Positions 18,635 to 28,553 of a stretch of 64,000 nt of DNA are shown here, one piece after another; position 1 is the first letter of the stretch, and each line of letters starts with the position of its first letter. The DNA is from a virus (Duplodnaviria; Caudoviricetes). The notes beneath the pieces were generated by a model that saw only the letters and a program-made list of their open reading frames with translations, was not told the origin of the DNA and ran no database searches. The stretch spans positions 3,842-67,841 of IMG/VR virus record IMGVR_UViG_3300024046_000005. One strand, 5' to 3'. The position numbers and the translations under genes are program-made.

Positions 18635-19015
18635 CTACCTCGCGCCCCACACGGTGAATGTCTGTAGCGCCCCTTGCAGTACGCCGGGCTCTTGGCCTTC
18701 GTCGCCCTCGATGTAGGCATCAGAGGGTTCTTCCATGGGCCTGGCCGTGAAATGGACGCCCGGGTCGATCTTGCAAAGTTCTTCCTCGATGTCTCGCAGA
18801 AGGTCAAACGCTGCCTTCTTGGTGTCGGCCCAGGTGTTCACCTGGATCTGCGCGTTGCGAAAACCTGGGGCCGTGTTGTCGTACCAGCGCACCGCCTGGC
18901 CGCCAACGTGCTGCCAGGTCACATAGGGCCGCGCCGTGCCGAACGGTGCCGTGGGCGTTGATACCCGCGTGCAGTGCTTGCGGATGCGGGTCAACAGTTC
19001 GTCTTCAAGTGCCAT
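18635..19015 (-). CDS. Tail terminator (DUF3168-like)
   Basis: Position; PYVTWQ...IQVNTWADT. Confidence 0.78.
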   Translation of the reverse strand: MALEDELLTRIRKHCTRVSTPTAPFGTARPYVTWQHVGGQAVRWYDNTAPGFRNAQIQVNTWADTKKAAFDLLRDIEEELCKIDPGVHFTARPMEEPSDAYIEGDEGQEPGVLQGALQTFTVWGAR

Positions 19016-19017
19016 GT

Positions 19018-19566
19018 TCAGGCCCCGTAGTAGCTGATGCGCTGGATTTGGGCTTTCAGCTCTTTTTCCATGGCCGCCTGGGCTTCAGGCAGTGCCGCAT
19101 AGGCGCGGCGGATGAAGGCATAGCCGGGGCGCTGGATCGGATTCGCCAGCGGGCGCTTTTTGTCCGTCTTCCACTCGCCCTTGTTGTTGATGTAGGCCGC
19201 ATAACGCTGCACCCAGCCGTGTTCCAGCAGTCGGCCATGTGGGGCCTTGGTGACGTTCCACGAAATACGGTACATGGCGCGCTTGCCTTCTTTGGATTCC
19301 TTGTCCATGTAGGCGTGGTAGATCGAATCGCGCAGGTTGCCGGTTTTGATGCCCATGCCTGCGACGTTCAGCTTCACACGCTCATAGATCACACGCGCCC
19401 CTGCATATGCCACAGGCCGGATGGCTTCCTTCACTGATTCATCGAGCTTTTCAAGGTAGTCGGCTATCCCGTCGATGCCGCTGGTGTCCACGTAGAAGCT
19501 CTGCGTCTTGGCGCCAGACAGCGGCTGGCGCTTGCTGCGGGAGATCAGATTGCGTCCGTTCGCCAT
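19018..19566 (-). CDS. HK97 gp10-like tail completion protein
   Basis: GIKTGNLRDSIY...APHGRLLEHG...PGYAFIRRAY. Confidence 0.8.
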   Translation of the reverse strand: MANGRNLISRSKRQPLSGAKTQSFYVDTSGIDGIADYLEKLDESVKEAIRPVAYAGARVIYERVKLNVAGMGIKTGNLRDSIYHAYMDKESKEGKRAMYRISWNVTKAPHGRLLEHGWVQRYAAYINNKGEWKTDKKRPLANPIQRPGYAFIRRAYAALPEAQAAMEKELKAQIQRISYYGA

Positions 19567-19892
19567 TACGTCACCTGCACACACACCAAATCGGTGTATT
19601 CGCGTTGCTGAAAATCTGGCAGCACCGCCTTGATTTCGTAGGTCGCACCGCCGGCCAGAACGCGCATACCGGCATCAATGCCTGCGCGGAACCGGATGCG
19701 GATCGAAGCGCGTACTTCACTCGTAGGCCTGTCGGACTTGATCGACTCAGAGCCGGAGAGGTGGCGCACATTGGCCCATACCTTGGCGACTTCTTCCCAT
19801 CCCTCGGGCAGCGGTTCGCCCCAATCGTTGGTGCCGCCCGTGCGCTTCTGGATGGTGATGCGGGTATTTAGGGTGCCGGCGTTCAGGCTCAT
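19566..19892 (-). CDS. Head closure / head-tail adaptor
   Basis: LNAGTLNTRITIQK...VWANVRHLSGSE...IRIRFRAGIDAGMRV. Confidence 0.88.
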   Translation of the reverse strand: MSLNAGTLNTRITIQKRTGGTNDWGEPLPEGWEEVAKVWANVRHLSGSESIKSDRPTSEVRASIRIRFRAGIDAGMRVLAGGATYEIKAVLPDFQQREYTDLVCVQVT

Positions 19893-20455
19893 AGCTCGTC
19901 CTCCAGCACCCCGATACGGATGCACTCCAGCGCGGTTGCGCGGGAGCAGTTCACGACCTCGGCCCCGGCATGCTTTGCGAACTGCACGGCCTTGGCGTAC
20001 TGCGCGGGCCACTTGTCCACGCTCTGCGCATTCTTCAGCGGCGCCGGGTGATCCTCGTGCCAATGCTTTTTCTCGCCTGCCTTGCAGTCGGCACCAAGCA
20101 GGATGATCTTTGCCACCCCGAACCTCGCCGCCAACGCCAACGCACATGCGCCTGAATTGCCCGCCAGTGGTATCCAGCCCATGCCATGGATTGGCTCTGC
20201 GCCGAATGCGTTGGTCTTGGGCTGCATGCTGTAGCACAGGCCTTTGAACCCGGTGGCTTCGATTTCCTCGCTGTGTAGTCGCCACCATTCACGGTCGTGA
20301 CCGAATAGCACGTCGGCCCATGGGGCGAGCCTGAACGTGGTGTTCGTGACGATGGTCTTGTGGCCGCTGGCCCGCACTTTCTCGCAGTCGTCAGCGGTCA
20401 GGCTCGGGCCGGAGCAGATGACGACTGCCGTTTGCCCTGTCCAATCGGGTTTCAC
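19889..20455 (-). CDS. Glycosyltransferase-like (MptE/DUF115-like fold) protein inside the head-tail module
   Basis: VVICSGPSL, VTNTTFRLAPWADVLFGHD, NSGACALALA..FG...IILLGAD motifs. Confidence 0.6.
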   Translation of the reverse strand: MKPDWTGQTAVVICSGPSLTADDCEKVRASGHKTIVTNTTFRLAPWADVLFGHDREWWRLHSEEIEATGFKGLCYSMQPKTNAFGAEPIHGMGWIPLAGNSGACALALAARFGVAKIILLGADCKAGEKKHWHEDHPAPLKNAQSVDKWPAQYAKAVQFAKHAGAEVVNCSRATALECIRIGVLEDEL

Positions 20456-20832
20456 GCTACCGTTGAGCGCCGAAGCGCATTCAGCAGAGCCGTGGCACCC
20501 ATGCCAAGCGTGTACCCATTGCCTACTACCACCCCGGCGTCCTTGCCGTCGCGGTAGCGGTACTGCTGTGCAAGTTCGATCAGCGTTGCCGCCTTCACCA
20601 CAGGCTTGACCACTGGGCCGTCCGAGTCGATTTCCACTTCTGGCACGCCATCGCTGTCCGTCACCACGTCACCGTTGGAGTCGGTCAGCAGCACGCAGGC
20701 CCGCCATTCGTCCTTGAGCCACAGCAGCACCGCCTGGCTGACGGCAGGGATCATGACGTTTAGCCATGCATCGTCGTCGTCGCCGTCGATGCGGATATGG
20801 TGCTTGGCTTCTTCCGGGGTGCAGAGGTTCAC
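20452..20832 (-). CDS. Head-tail connector (HK97 gp6-like)
   Basis: TPEEAKHHIRIDGDDDDAWL...VKAATLIELAQQYRYR. Confidence 0.88.
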   Translation of the reverse strand: MNLCTPEEAKHHIRIDGDDDDAWLNVMIPAVSQAVLLWLKDEWRACVLLTDSNGDVVTDSDGVPEVEIDSDGPVVKPVVKAATLIELAQQYRYRDGKDAGVVVGNGYTLGMGATALLNALRRSTVA

Positions 20833-22181
20833 TTGTCGCCCTCCGGGTCGCCCAGCTTGATCGGCGGCTCTGGGCCGTCCTTCACGCGCTTGATCGTGGA
20901 TTCACCGTCCCGGCCCTTGCGCACGAACAGCGTCCAGTCGTCGCGGTTTTCGTAGCCGGGCCGGCTGGAAGTGTCACGCTTGGCAACGTACATCTGCCCG
21001 TCCAGCGTCCATGCCTCGCAAGCCTTGGCCTTCGTGCCGTCGCGCCAGTAGCCGCCAGGCTGGATGCCGCCTGCGGGATAACACAGTTCCTTGGTCTTGC
21101 CCGCGCACGATGCCTTGATGCTGATCTCGTGCGTGTCTGGCAGGTACTCCACGTCCAGCGCATCGAGGCTCAGGCCGTCCTCGCCATCCTTCCCGACGAC
21201 ACGGCCCAGGTTCTTCACCTCGCCATTGGTCAACGTGACCAGCAGGCAGTCGTCGCGGTCGATCATCGCTCCGGCCAGTCCGACGCCATCGGCGGGCTTG
21301 GTGATGGTGGAAACCGCCTTCTCGATCTCGGCGCGGATCATCGGGGCAACATCGTCCACGGTGACACTCTTGCCATCCTGGGGCAGTTCGATGGCTTCAA
21401 CGGCCTTCTTGGCCGCATCACGCAACTCGTCAGTGTCGGCATGCACCTTTTCGACGGCGGCGTTCACCTGAACCTGCATGCCCTTGATGGCCTCATCGAT
21501 CACGGGTCGCACGTCGTCCAGAGTCACGGACTTCCCATCTTCGGGCTGCTTGATGGACGCCGCCATCGCTTCGACGCGCTTGATCGCCTCGCCGACCTGC
21601 TCGATAGCTGCCTTGGCGTCAAGTTCAATGCGAACCACCGACTCCTTGATGACAGGCTGCACGTCGTCCAGGGTGATGGACTTGCCATCCTCCGGCTGCC
21701 GAAGCTCGCCCACGGCCTTGAACAGAGCGTCGCGGGCGGCTTCTGCCTGCTGCAATGGTTCAGCAATGGCCTGATCTGCATCGGCGCGCAATTGCTTGAT
21801 CGCCTCGTCCAGCAGTGGGCGCACGTCCTCAACCGTGACGCTCTTGCCATCCTGTGGCTTGGGCAATACAGCAACAGCTTCGGCAACCATCGACTTGATG
21901 ACGGCAGGATCGGCGTCCTTTCCATCCCTTGCGGGCGGGATGGCCTTCACGGCTTCATCGACCAGGGCGCGCACGGCCGCCATGTCGGCGTCCTTGCCGT
22001 CTTTGGGCGTAGGGATCGAGGAAACGGCCTTGCTCACTTCATCGGCCACCAGGGCGGCCACGTCTGGGCGATCGGCAAGCTGCTTTTCCAACTCGGCGAT
22101 CTTGGCGTATAGCGGGGCAACCGCTTTCTTGATGGCCTCGCCCATGGCCTGGCCGAACAATTCGGGGTCAAACATGGGCAA
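20829..22181 (-). CDS. Repeat-rich head-associated protein
   Basis: Repeats P(K/Q/E)DGKS(V/I)T(V/L)(E/D)DV x4 and DGKDAD x2; between portal and connector. Confidence 0.7.
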   Translation of the reverse strand: MPMFDPELFGQAMGEAIKKAVAPLYAKIAELEKQLADRPDVAALVADEVSKAVSSIPTPKDGKDADMAAVRALVDEAVKAIPPARDGKDADPAVIKSMVAEAVAVLPKPQDGKSVTVEDVRPLLDEAIKQLRADADQAIAEPLQQAEAARDALFKAVGELRQPEDGKSITLDDVQPVIKESVVRIELDAKAAIEQVGEAIKRVEAMAASIKQPEDGKSVTLDDVRPVIDEAIKGMQVQVNAAVEKVHADTDELRDAAKKAVEAIELPQDGKSVTVDDVAPMIRAEIEKAVSTITKPADGVGLAGAMIDRDDCLLVTLTNGEVKNLGRVVGKDGEDGLSLDALDVEYLPDTHEISIKASCAGKTKELCYPAGGIQPGGYWRDGTKAKACEAWTLDGQMYVAKRDTSSRPGYENRDDWTLFVRKGRDGESTIKRVKDGPEPPIKLGDPEGDK

Positions 22182-23550
22182 ACTCCATGGTCTTGTTCAA
22201 GGCCGCGATGGCCTTTTGCGTAGCGATGAACTTCTTGGCCTCATCAATCGCGGCCTTGTCCTCATCGCTGATGGCCGGGGCAGGATCGACCGTTGGGCGG
22301 GCAACCACGTTCAGCCGAGCCTGCTCCAGCGGGATGTCCTGCTGCTGCATGTACACCGTGTCTCCACCTTCCAGCGCGGGGCGATTGAAGCGCGCCCGCC
22401 CCTCGTTTGGCGTCTCAACGCCACCGCCAACCAGCTTTGTCGCTACTTCGGCGCGCTTTCCTTCATCCATACGCAGCAGCGGCTCCAGATCAAGCTCAAC
22501 GCCCATCGGGCGGGTAATCCGAAGGCCGTCATCCAGCAACAGTTCCATGTGCTCGATGTGCGTTTGCAAGGCGTCGGCGTAGTAGAGATGATTCAGGCCA
22601 TCGACACCCAGGCCGGAAGGGATGGTGCCAATGCCAACCTTGAACGGGGGGATGCCGAATGGCTGGCAAATCTGCTGATCCGAGTAGCCCATCTGTTCAA
22701 CCATCTGGGAGTCGATGGACTTCATGGCGAACGGCGTGAACTTCATGTCCGCACCGATGACCGCGATTTTCCCGGAGTTGTTGCCGGCGAAGTTCTCGCT
22801 CCAATACTTCTGCACTTCCTTCGCGTCGTCGTCGCTCATGCCCGCCGGGGCGGTCAAGATACCGCCCGGCTGTGCGTTGTTCGCAAAGAACTCCGTGGCC
22901 GATCGCATGATCTTCATGTTCTTCATCGCAGGCCAGTGTGCGGCGGCCAACGGCGGAACCCCGATCAGCGGATGGTGAATCGTCATGCAGCGGTCGTGGA
23001 TGATCTCGCTGGCAGGGACGATCAGTTGCTCTGCCGGATAGCCGTCAGGCAGGGTGTTCAGGTTGTCCGTCTGGAGCTGGTAGAACACCGCGCCAGAATC
23101 AGAAACCATAGGCAAGACCTTCTCTGGGTCAAGCACATACAGCGCGTTGACCACGCCACGATCATCGCGGCGTTTGAGGATGTAGGCATTACCGTTCACC
23201 AGCTTCGTCAGCATCCAGTATTCGCGGAACTGCGCTGCTGTCTGGAAGCTGTTGGGCTTGCGCAGCACAGGGGAGTAAGCCGGGTTCTCGACTTCGATCC
23301 ACACGCCTGAGCGGTCGCGTTGCCGAAGCGAAAACGGCAGCTTGCCAATGTCCGATGCAATGCGCGAGATGCAGGCGTACAGAGTCGGATACGTGACCAG
23401 ATCGCCCTGCTTTTCCTCGGCGTTCTTCTGCCAGGCGCCCGCGAATGGTTCGCTGATGATCCGCCACGCATTACGCCACGTACCACCAACGGCATTCAGC
23501 GCCTTCTGAGCGCCGTTGCGGGAAATCTCCAACCCGACAGAGACTTTCAC
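22168..23550 (-). CDS. Portal protein, HK97 family
   Basis: LRKPNSFQT..QFRE...LVNGNAY; EIIH; IGVPPL; ICQPFGIPP; TPNEGRARFN. Confidence 0.93.
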   Translation of the reverse strand: MKVSVGLEISRNGAQKALNAVGGTWRNAWRIISEPFAGAWQKNAEEKQGDLVTYPTLYACISRIASDIGKLPFSLRQRDRSGVWIEVENPAYSPVLRKPNSFQTAAQFREYWMLTKLVNGNAYILKRRDDRGVVNALYVLDPEKVLPMVSDSGAVFYQLQTDNLNTLPDGYPAEQLIVPASEIIHDRCMTIHHPLIGVPPLAAAHWPAMKNMKIMRSATEFFANNAQPGGILTAPAGMSDDDAKEVQKYWSENFAGNNSGKIAVIGADMKFTPFAMKSIDSQMVEQMGYSDQQICQPFGIPPFKVGIGTIPSGLGVDGLNHLYYADALQTHIEHMELLLDDGLRITRPMGVELDLEPLLRMDEGKRAEVATKLVGGGVETPNEGRARFNRPALEGGDTVYMQQQDIPLEQARLNVVARPTVDPAPAISDEDKAAIDEAKKFIATQKAIAALNKTMEFAHV

Positions 23551-23906
23551 GCCGCGCTCCGCAGGGCCTCGCGCAGCTTCTCGGCGCCAGCGCGGGCATG
23601 CACCTTTACGCCTCGCTCTTTCGCCAGTTCGCGCAGCGCGTCAGCGTCCAGTTCCTCCAGCCCGTCACCTTTGTCTTGCTGGATCTTGGCGTTCTCGGCC
23701 TTGATGTACGCATCGACTTCCTCGACGGTGCGCGGGTCATCGGTGCCGGGAAATGCTGGCTGCACATCGGCCTTCACGACCTTCGGCGTATCGGCCATGT
23801 CGCGGGTGATGTAGCTGCCCTTGCCCAGGCGTTGCAGCAGTTCGGCATGACGATGGTTCAACAGTTGCTTGCGGCCACTGTTGAATGTGAAGATGGCGTT
23901 TGGCAT
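23547..23906 (-). CDS. Small head-region protein with C-terminal HeH/Rho-N-like motif
   Basis: Start MPNA; LEELDADALRELAKERGVKVHARAGAEKLREAL. Confidence 0.6.
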   Translation of the reverse strand: MPNAIFTFNSGRKQLLNHRHAELLQRLGKGSYITRDMADTPKVVKADVQPAFPGTDDPRTVEEVDAYIKAENAKIQQDKGDGLEELDADALRELAKERGVKVHARAGAEKLREALRSAA

Positions 23907-23977
23907 GTAGCTTTCTCCGTTGGAGTCGTCTTGCAAAAAGGGCCGCCCGAAGGCAGCCCCTTGAACCTGACGGCTGA

Positions 23978-25375
23978 TTAGCTGCTGGCGGGCACCATGC
24001 CAGCGCAGGCATCCCAGTTGACGGTGGCCCACACCACGGCAGCGGCGCGACGCTTTTGCCAGTTGATGAAGCGCTCCACCAGGAATGCCACGCTGTTCGT
24101 CTGGAACATGCTCACGACCTGAGCAGCAGTCGGCGTGGTGCTGTTGGAGCTGGGGGCGTCGTCCATCACCAGCGATGCCTGATCGGACATGGCAACTTGC
24201 ACACCGCCTTCATCACCCAGGAAGATTTCATCGCCCTTGATGAGCATCACCACGTTGGATGCCACGTATTGCGACGTGAACACCGGCAGGCCCGCGAAGG
24301 TGCCGCCCGTGGGCGTGACGCCGGGGAATGCCGGGCCGCCAGCGAGGTTGGTTGCCATCGACAGATCGACAGCCACAGCCTCGGGCATCACCCAGAACGC
24401 GCCGGACACGGTGAGGTTGTTGCCCACCAGCGCCTTGAGCATGGTTGCCACGTCGCAGCGGATGCCTTCGACGGTGCCATCACCAGTCAGCACGGTGGCA
24501 GACACGCCGTTGCGAATGCCTGCGGGGGTAGAGCCGGAGACGGCGGCAGAGTCGCTCACGAATGTACCGTCGATGGCCGCACCGACTGCGCGGGACAGTT
24601 CGTCACGGATGAGGGCGTCGGCTGCCACGGAAGCGCGGCCCAGCATTTCCTTGGTGGCTGCGGCGATGGCCGCGACCTTCAGAGGTTCCAGCTTGGCCTT
24701 CGTGTACGTCCATTGGGTCAGGGGCTTGGCAGAACCTTCCGCCGTCCACTTGGCTGCACCGGCAGAGCCTTGGATCAGCACCGGAGTGTCGAACGGCAGG
24801 CTGCGCAGCTTGCCGCTGATCTGGCCCAGCACGGAACGGGCGCGCAGGTATTCCACGAAGTCGGCGAAGTACGCGCCGCCATCGAGGATCAGGTTCCCGG
24901 CCCAGGTGGAGCTACCAGTATTGGCGGCGGGTACGGCGGCCTTGGTCAGCGTTGCAACCAGCTTTTCGTCGTCCGGGTACACGGACTTGGCGATTTGCAC
25001 CGGATCCATGTGTTCGACGTGGGCGATGGCCTTGACACGGGCCACACGGGCGAAGCCCATGCCTGCGTCCAGCTTCTGGGTGTTCTTCACCGTCACCGGC
25101 ACGCGATCGGAGCCGCCGGCGGCCGGACGGTCGGTCTTGTCCTTGGTGTCCACGGCTTTGGCCGATGCTTTGTCGATGTCGGCCAGCTTCGACAGACGTG
25201 CGATGTCCGCATCCAGGCGCTTGATCTCGCCGTCCAGGGTGTCGAATTGCTCGGCTTCGGCGTTGTCCATCGAACGGCCTTCGTCGATGGATTTCTGCGC
25301 CACGGCCTTCAGTTCTTCGGCCTTGGCTTCACGGGTAGCCTTCAGCGCGGCCACTTGCTCGGCAAACGTCTTCAT
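23978..25375 (-). CDS. Major capsid protein, HK97 fold with N-terminal delta/scaffold domain
   Basis: Coiled-coil N-terminus; AAKWTAEGSAKP; LEPLKVAAI; QTNSVAFLVERFINW. Confidence 0.93.
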   Translation of the reverse strand: MKTFAEQVAALKATREAKAEELKAVAQKSIDEGRSMDNAEAEQFDTLDGEIKRLDADIARLSKLADIDKASAKAVDTKDKTDRPAAGGSDRVPVTVKNTQKLDAGMGFARVARVKAIAHVEHMDPVQIAKSVYPDDEKLVATLTKAAVPAANTGSSTWAGNLILDGGAYFADFVEYLRARSVLGQISGKLRSLPFDTPVLIQGSAGAAKWTAEGSAKPLTQWTYTKAKLEPLKVAAIAAATKEMLGRASVAADALIRDELSRAVGAAIDGTFVSDSAAVSGSTPAGIRNGVSATVLTGDGTVEGIRCDVATMLKALVGNNLTVSGAFWVMPEAVAVDLSMATNLAGGPAFPGVTPTGGTFAGLPVFTSQYVASNVVMLIKGDEIFLGDEGGVQVAMSDQASLVMDDAPSSNSTTPTAAQVVSMFQTNSVAFLVERFINWQKRRAAAVVWATVNWDACAGMVPASS

Positions 25376-25500
25376 GACGTGTCCTTTCAGAAACGAAAAA
25401 ACCGCCACGAGGGCGGTTCAGATATAAAAAAACCGCCCGGAGGCGGTTGCGGCTTTGGCGACTCAGCGGCCTTTCAGCGGCGAATCGAAGGCAGCGCGGT

Positions 25501-26094
25501 TCACTTCAAGCGAACGGCGCCGTTGAGGGTTTTCGTTTGGGGGTTGATGAGTTGCACCGGGCCGGATCGCCGGGCGCCGTAATCCAGTGACTTGATTTGC
25601 TGGATAACATCACGCGGCAGCGCGCCGCAGGACATCGATTTCACCTGCGTGATAACAGCCTCGGACAGCGCGGGAACGGAAACGCTGCTCAGCTCGTAGA
25701 TTTCGATCTCTTGGAAGTCGATCCCGCCGTCTTCCTTGAATGCGTACTTGATCGGCCGGAAGCCGATGGACACTCCACGTACCAATCCGTGCTTGATCTC
25801 GCCCCACGCGGTATCCACGCGATCTTTCAACGGGCCAGGGTCTGCGATCACAGGAATCTCGGCTTCAAACTCGATTCCCTTTGCTGTCGGATTGCTGAAT
25901 TTGGCAAGGCCAATCGGCTCGCCATGACGGTGCTGATGCAAAAGCGGGAGCGGGTTCTTGAACTGGGCGCCAAGCGGGTTGATGTTGTCACCGTCGCGGT
26001 CGGTGGCGGGCGTGGTCGCCCAACCGGAAAATACGCGGCGGCCATCATCGAGCGCTTTGACGACAAATGCGGCGTATGCGCGTTGGTTGTTCAT
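25501..26094 (-). CDS. Prohead maturation protease (HK97 gp4-like)
   Basis: LLHQH..PIG; GVSIGF; YELSSVSVPA. Confidence 0.9.
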   Translation of the reverse strand: MNNQRAYAAFVVKALDDGRRVFSGWATTPATDRDGDNINPLGAQFKNPLPLLHQHRHGEPIGLAKFSNPTAKGIEFEAEIPVIADPGPLKDRVDTAWGEIKHGLVRGVSIGFRPIKYAFKEDGGIDFQEIEIYELSSVSVPALSEAVITQVKSMSCGALPRDVIQQIKSLDYGARRSGPVQLINPQTKTLNGAVRLK

Positions 26095-26210
26095 AGTCTT
26101 CCTTCCATCTGCGCGAGCCTGGCCTTCGCCTTCTCACACAGCTTCGTCAGCCCCTTGGCACACAGCCACGCCACCAGCTTCCGTTGTCGGTTGATGCAGC
26201 CTGGGCACAT
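26091..26210 (-). CDS. 39-aa basic Cys-containing ORF (below the ORF-track cutoff)
   Basis: RBS GGAGA; MCPGCINRQRKLVAWLCAKGLTKLCEKAKARLAQMEGRL; stop overlaps the protease ATG. Confidence 0.55.
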   Translation of the reverse strand: MCPGCINRQRKLVAWLCAKGLTKLCEKAKARLAQMEGRL

Positions 26211-26212
26211 GG

Positions 26213-27898
26213 TTATCTCCCCGCTACTGCGAGAACGAGTTTCTTCCGGCATGGAGCCGGGTTCAACGCCATGAGGGACACGGCATTGAAGGTGGACATG
26301 AGCGGGTCAATCTTGGCTTTGCCCGCCATCTGCTTGGTGATCGACACCGCGTTTCCGTGGTCTTCCACCTTTGCATTGCCGGCGCACCATGCCATCAATG
26401 GTTGTCCACAATGCACCATGCCCCCACCAGCCAGCTTTCGCTCGCAGGTTTTGATGGCCCCATTCAGTCTCCAACCTTGACTGACGCCGATGATGTGCTC
26501 CATCGTGATCTTGCGCTCCGGCGAAACCAGCGCATCAACAATGTCCCCAATCCCCGCAGCATCAACGCCGATGGCCTGCTTCTCGGGAAGCAGCTTTGCG
26601 TCCCTGACCTTGCAAACCAGGTCAGCAACCTGTGTCACGTCGTCACCTGGGCGGCTGACGATGGTGATATCGCCGTCCCGCTCGAAGTCACGCAACCTCG
26701 GAGCGATGTCCTTTCTGCGCTTCAGGACGATCTCATGCGCCCAAGCGTGCGCCCAATGCAACCATCGGCCCGTTCCTGCCTCTCGGCCCAATACAGTCAG
26801 CCCGAGCAAGTCATCCAGGCCGCCGCCGTCAATCCCCACTACTGCAACTTCACACCTGGCAAGAAGTCCATCCAGCGTTAGGCAGCGCTCTGCTGCGTCA
26901 GACCAGAAATCGGCACCCGCCCACCGATCGGATCGAAGATTCAGGCCAATCTCAACGTTCAGGTGCTTGGCCATGAACTGTTGAAACGCCCCGTCCGTTT
27001 TGTGCTGTACCTTCTTCAGTTGGTCTTCCAGCCACTCTGCAGACACCGAGCGCCCGATGTTCGGATTGGTGATATAGAAGTTCTCCGGCAGCAAATAGCC
27101 TTTCGACTTCAACATCGCATCCGGGAATTCGTACAGCACGCCCAGAGTCTTGCGATCTTCGGTTTTGCCGTCGCGCACATTGCGCCAGTAGTTCAGCTTT
27201 TCTTTGAATACGCCTGCGGGCGGTTCGTCGCTCTGCGTTGTGAGGTAAATCACCCACCCTTCGTCGCGTGATACCTGTCCGCCAAGAGCTTCCATGAACA
27301 TGGCTTCAGCATTCGACTTCTTGCCGAACAACCAGAGTTCGTCCACCAATACCCTGCCAGATTTTTTCCCGGAGACTGTCTCAGTATCTGCCGCCACCAC
27401 CTTCAAGCTATTGCGCGTCACCCGATGGGTGATGGTGCGAATGTGATCCTGAACGTGGAAAATGGCAGATAGTTCATCATCAGCCCGCACCATGGCGGCA
27501 GCTGGCTTGAAACTGTTATCGGCCACTTCTTTTGTTGGGGCCAGGATCAGGTGCTCTTCTTCCTCGCGCCAGCATAGGACTGTTGCCGTCAACATGATCC
27601 CGGCTGCAATGGTGGATTTCGTATTTTTCTTCGAGATCAGCAACCCATATTCACGGATTAATTGCTTGCCGGTTTCCGATTCATAGGCGCCAAAGATTGC
27701 CCCCACAAAATCGAATACCCATTGCTCGGAGCATTCGCCGAATGTCGGCCGCCCAGGAAGATCAACAACCCGCAGTTCCTTGAAGATCGCCAGCGCCTGC
27801 TGCGCTTGATCAGCAAAGATTGGGGGCGGGATGATGGAGCGGCGTTCGACCAACCTGCTTTCCCAGTCCTTGCAGGCCGTCGTCCATTGCATCATCAA
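26213..27898 (-). CDS. terL: Terminase large subunit
   Basis: ISKKNTKST Walker A-like; VLVDELW Walker B; VGIDGGGLDDL; KIDPLMS. Confidence 0.93.
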   Translation of the reverse strand: MMMQWTTACKDWESRLVERRSIIPPPIFADQAQQALAIFKELRVVDLPGRPTFGECSEQWVFDFVGAIFGAYESETGKQLIREYGLLISKKNTKSTIAAGIMLTATVLCWREEEEHLILAPTKEVADNSFKPAAAMVRADDELSAIFHVQDHIRTITHRVTRNSLKVVAADTETVSGKKSGRVLVDELWLFGKKSNAEAMFMEALGGQVSRDEGWVIYLTTQSDEPPAGVFKEKLNYWRNVRDGKTEDRKTLGVLYEFPDAMLKSKGYLLPENFYITNPNIGRSVSAEWLEDQLKKVQHKTDGAFQQFMAKHLNVEIGLNLRSDRWAGADFWSDAAERCLTLDGLLARCEVAVVGIDGGGLDDLLGLTVLGREAGTGRWLHWAHAWAHEIVLKRRKDIAPRLRDFERDGDITIVSRPGDDVTQVADLVCKVRDAKLLPEKQAIGVDAAGIGDIVDALVSPERKITMEHIIGVSQGWRLNGAIKTCERKLAGGGMVHCGQPLMAWCAGNAKVEDHGNAVSITKQMAGKAKIDPLMSTFNAVSLMALNPAPCRKKLVLAVAGR

Positions 27899-27901
27899 CC
27901 C

Positions 27902-28213
27902 TTAAATCTTCTTCCCACCAGCAGCAACCAATTTCGGCGGCGCGGCGGTCGCAAACCGTCCGGCAACGCGCTTCGCAGCTTCGTTGCTCTGCTCTTTCTT
28001 GCCTACCTCGCCCTTCTTGGCATGGATGTAGGGCATTAACGCCTTGGCAGCATCAACCCTCAGCTTCGCGTCCGTTCCGCTGTCGTTCATCACCGCCCGA
28101 AGAAACTTCTCCGGGTCGTCATATATCGCCGACAACTGCAGAATCGTCGGCTCTTTCGGCTTGCGGCCAGCCCCGGGACGGGCTCCACCGCTCTGCCCTT
28201 TTACTCCGGCCAT
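27902..28213 (-). CDS. terS: Terminase small subunit
   Basis: GGARPGAGRKPK...PEKFLRAVMND...RVDAAKALMPYIH; directly upstream of terL. Confidence 0.85.
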   Translation of the reverse strand: MAGVKGQSGGARPGAGRKPKEPTILQLSAIYDDPEKFLRAVMNDSGTDAKLRVDAAKALMPYIHAKKGEVGKKEQSNEAAKRVAGRFATAAPPKLVAAGGKKI

Positions 28214-28239
28214 TGCAGCTCCATTTGAATCAGCTTGAT

Positions 28240-28320
28240 TGAGGGATTTTTTCTGCGCGTGAGGGACAACGGGGTTTCCCCACCGAAGCCATCCGGCCTT
28301 TTGACCATCCCCCCCTTACC
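28240..28320 (-). other. Probable cos (packaging) region
   Basis: Non-coding, between the HNH cluster and terS; GGGGGGATGGTCAAAAG...CACGCGCAGAAAAAATCCC resembles HK97-type cos regions; cut site not determined. Confidence 0.45.
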
Positions 28321-28338
28321 AGATCACGCCACAGCAGC

Positions 28339-28551
28339 CTATCTGCCAGCGTCCAAGGGGTTATGGTGGGTTTGAGCTGTCGTAGCGCTACGGGGCGTTA
28401 TTGGCCTCGGCGCTTGTTTGCACAGGGGTGCCGTGATCGCCATCGCCTCCTCGATGGCCTTGCGCATATCGCGCCGGTCAGTCCAGGCGATCAGCCAGCC
28501 CATGGCGGCGAAGCATGCCACGCACCCCAGCACGATCCATAGTGCGTCCAT
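28339..28551 (-). CDS. Small membrane protein
   Basis: N-terminal TM ALWIVLGCVACFAAMGWLIAW. Confidence 0.5.
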   Translation of the reverse strand: MDALWIVLGCVACFAAMGWLIAWTDRRDMRKAIEEAMAITAPLCKQAPRPITPRSATTAQTHHNPLDAGR

Positions 28552-28553
28552 CG

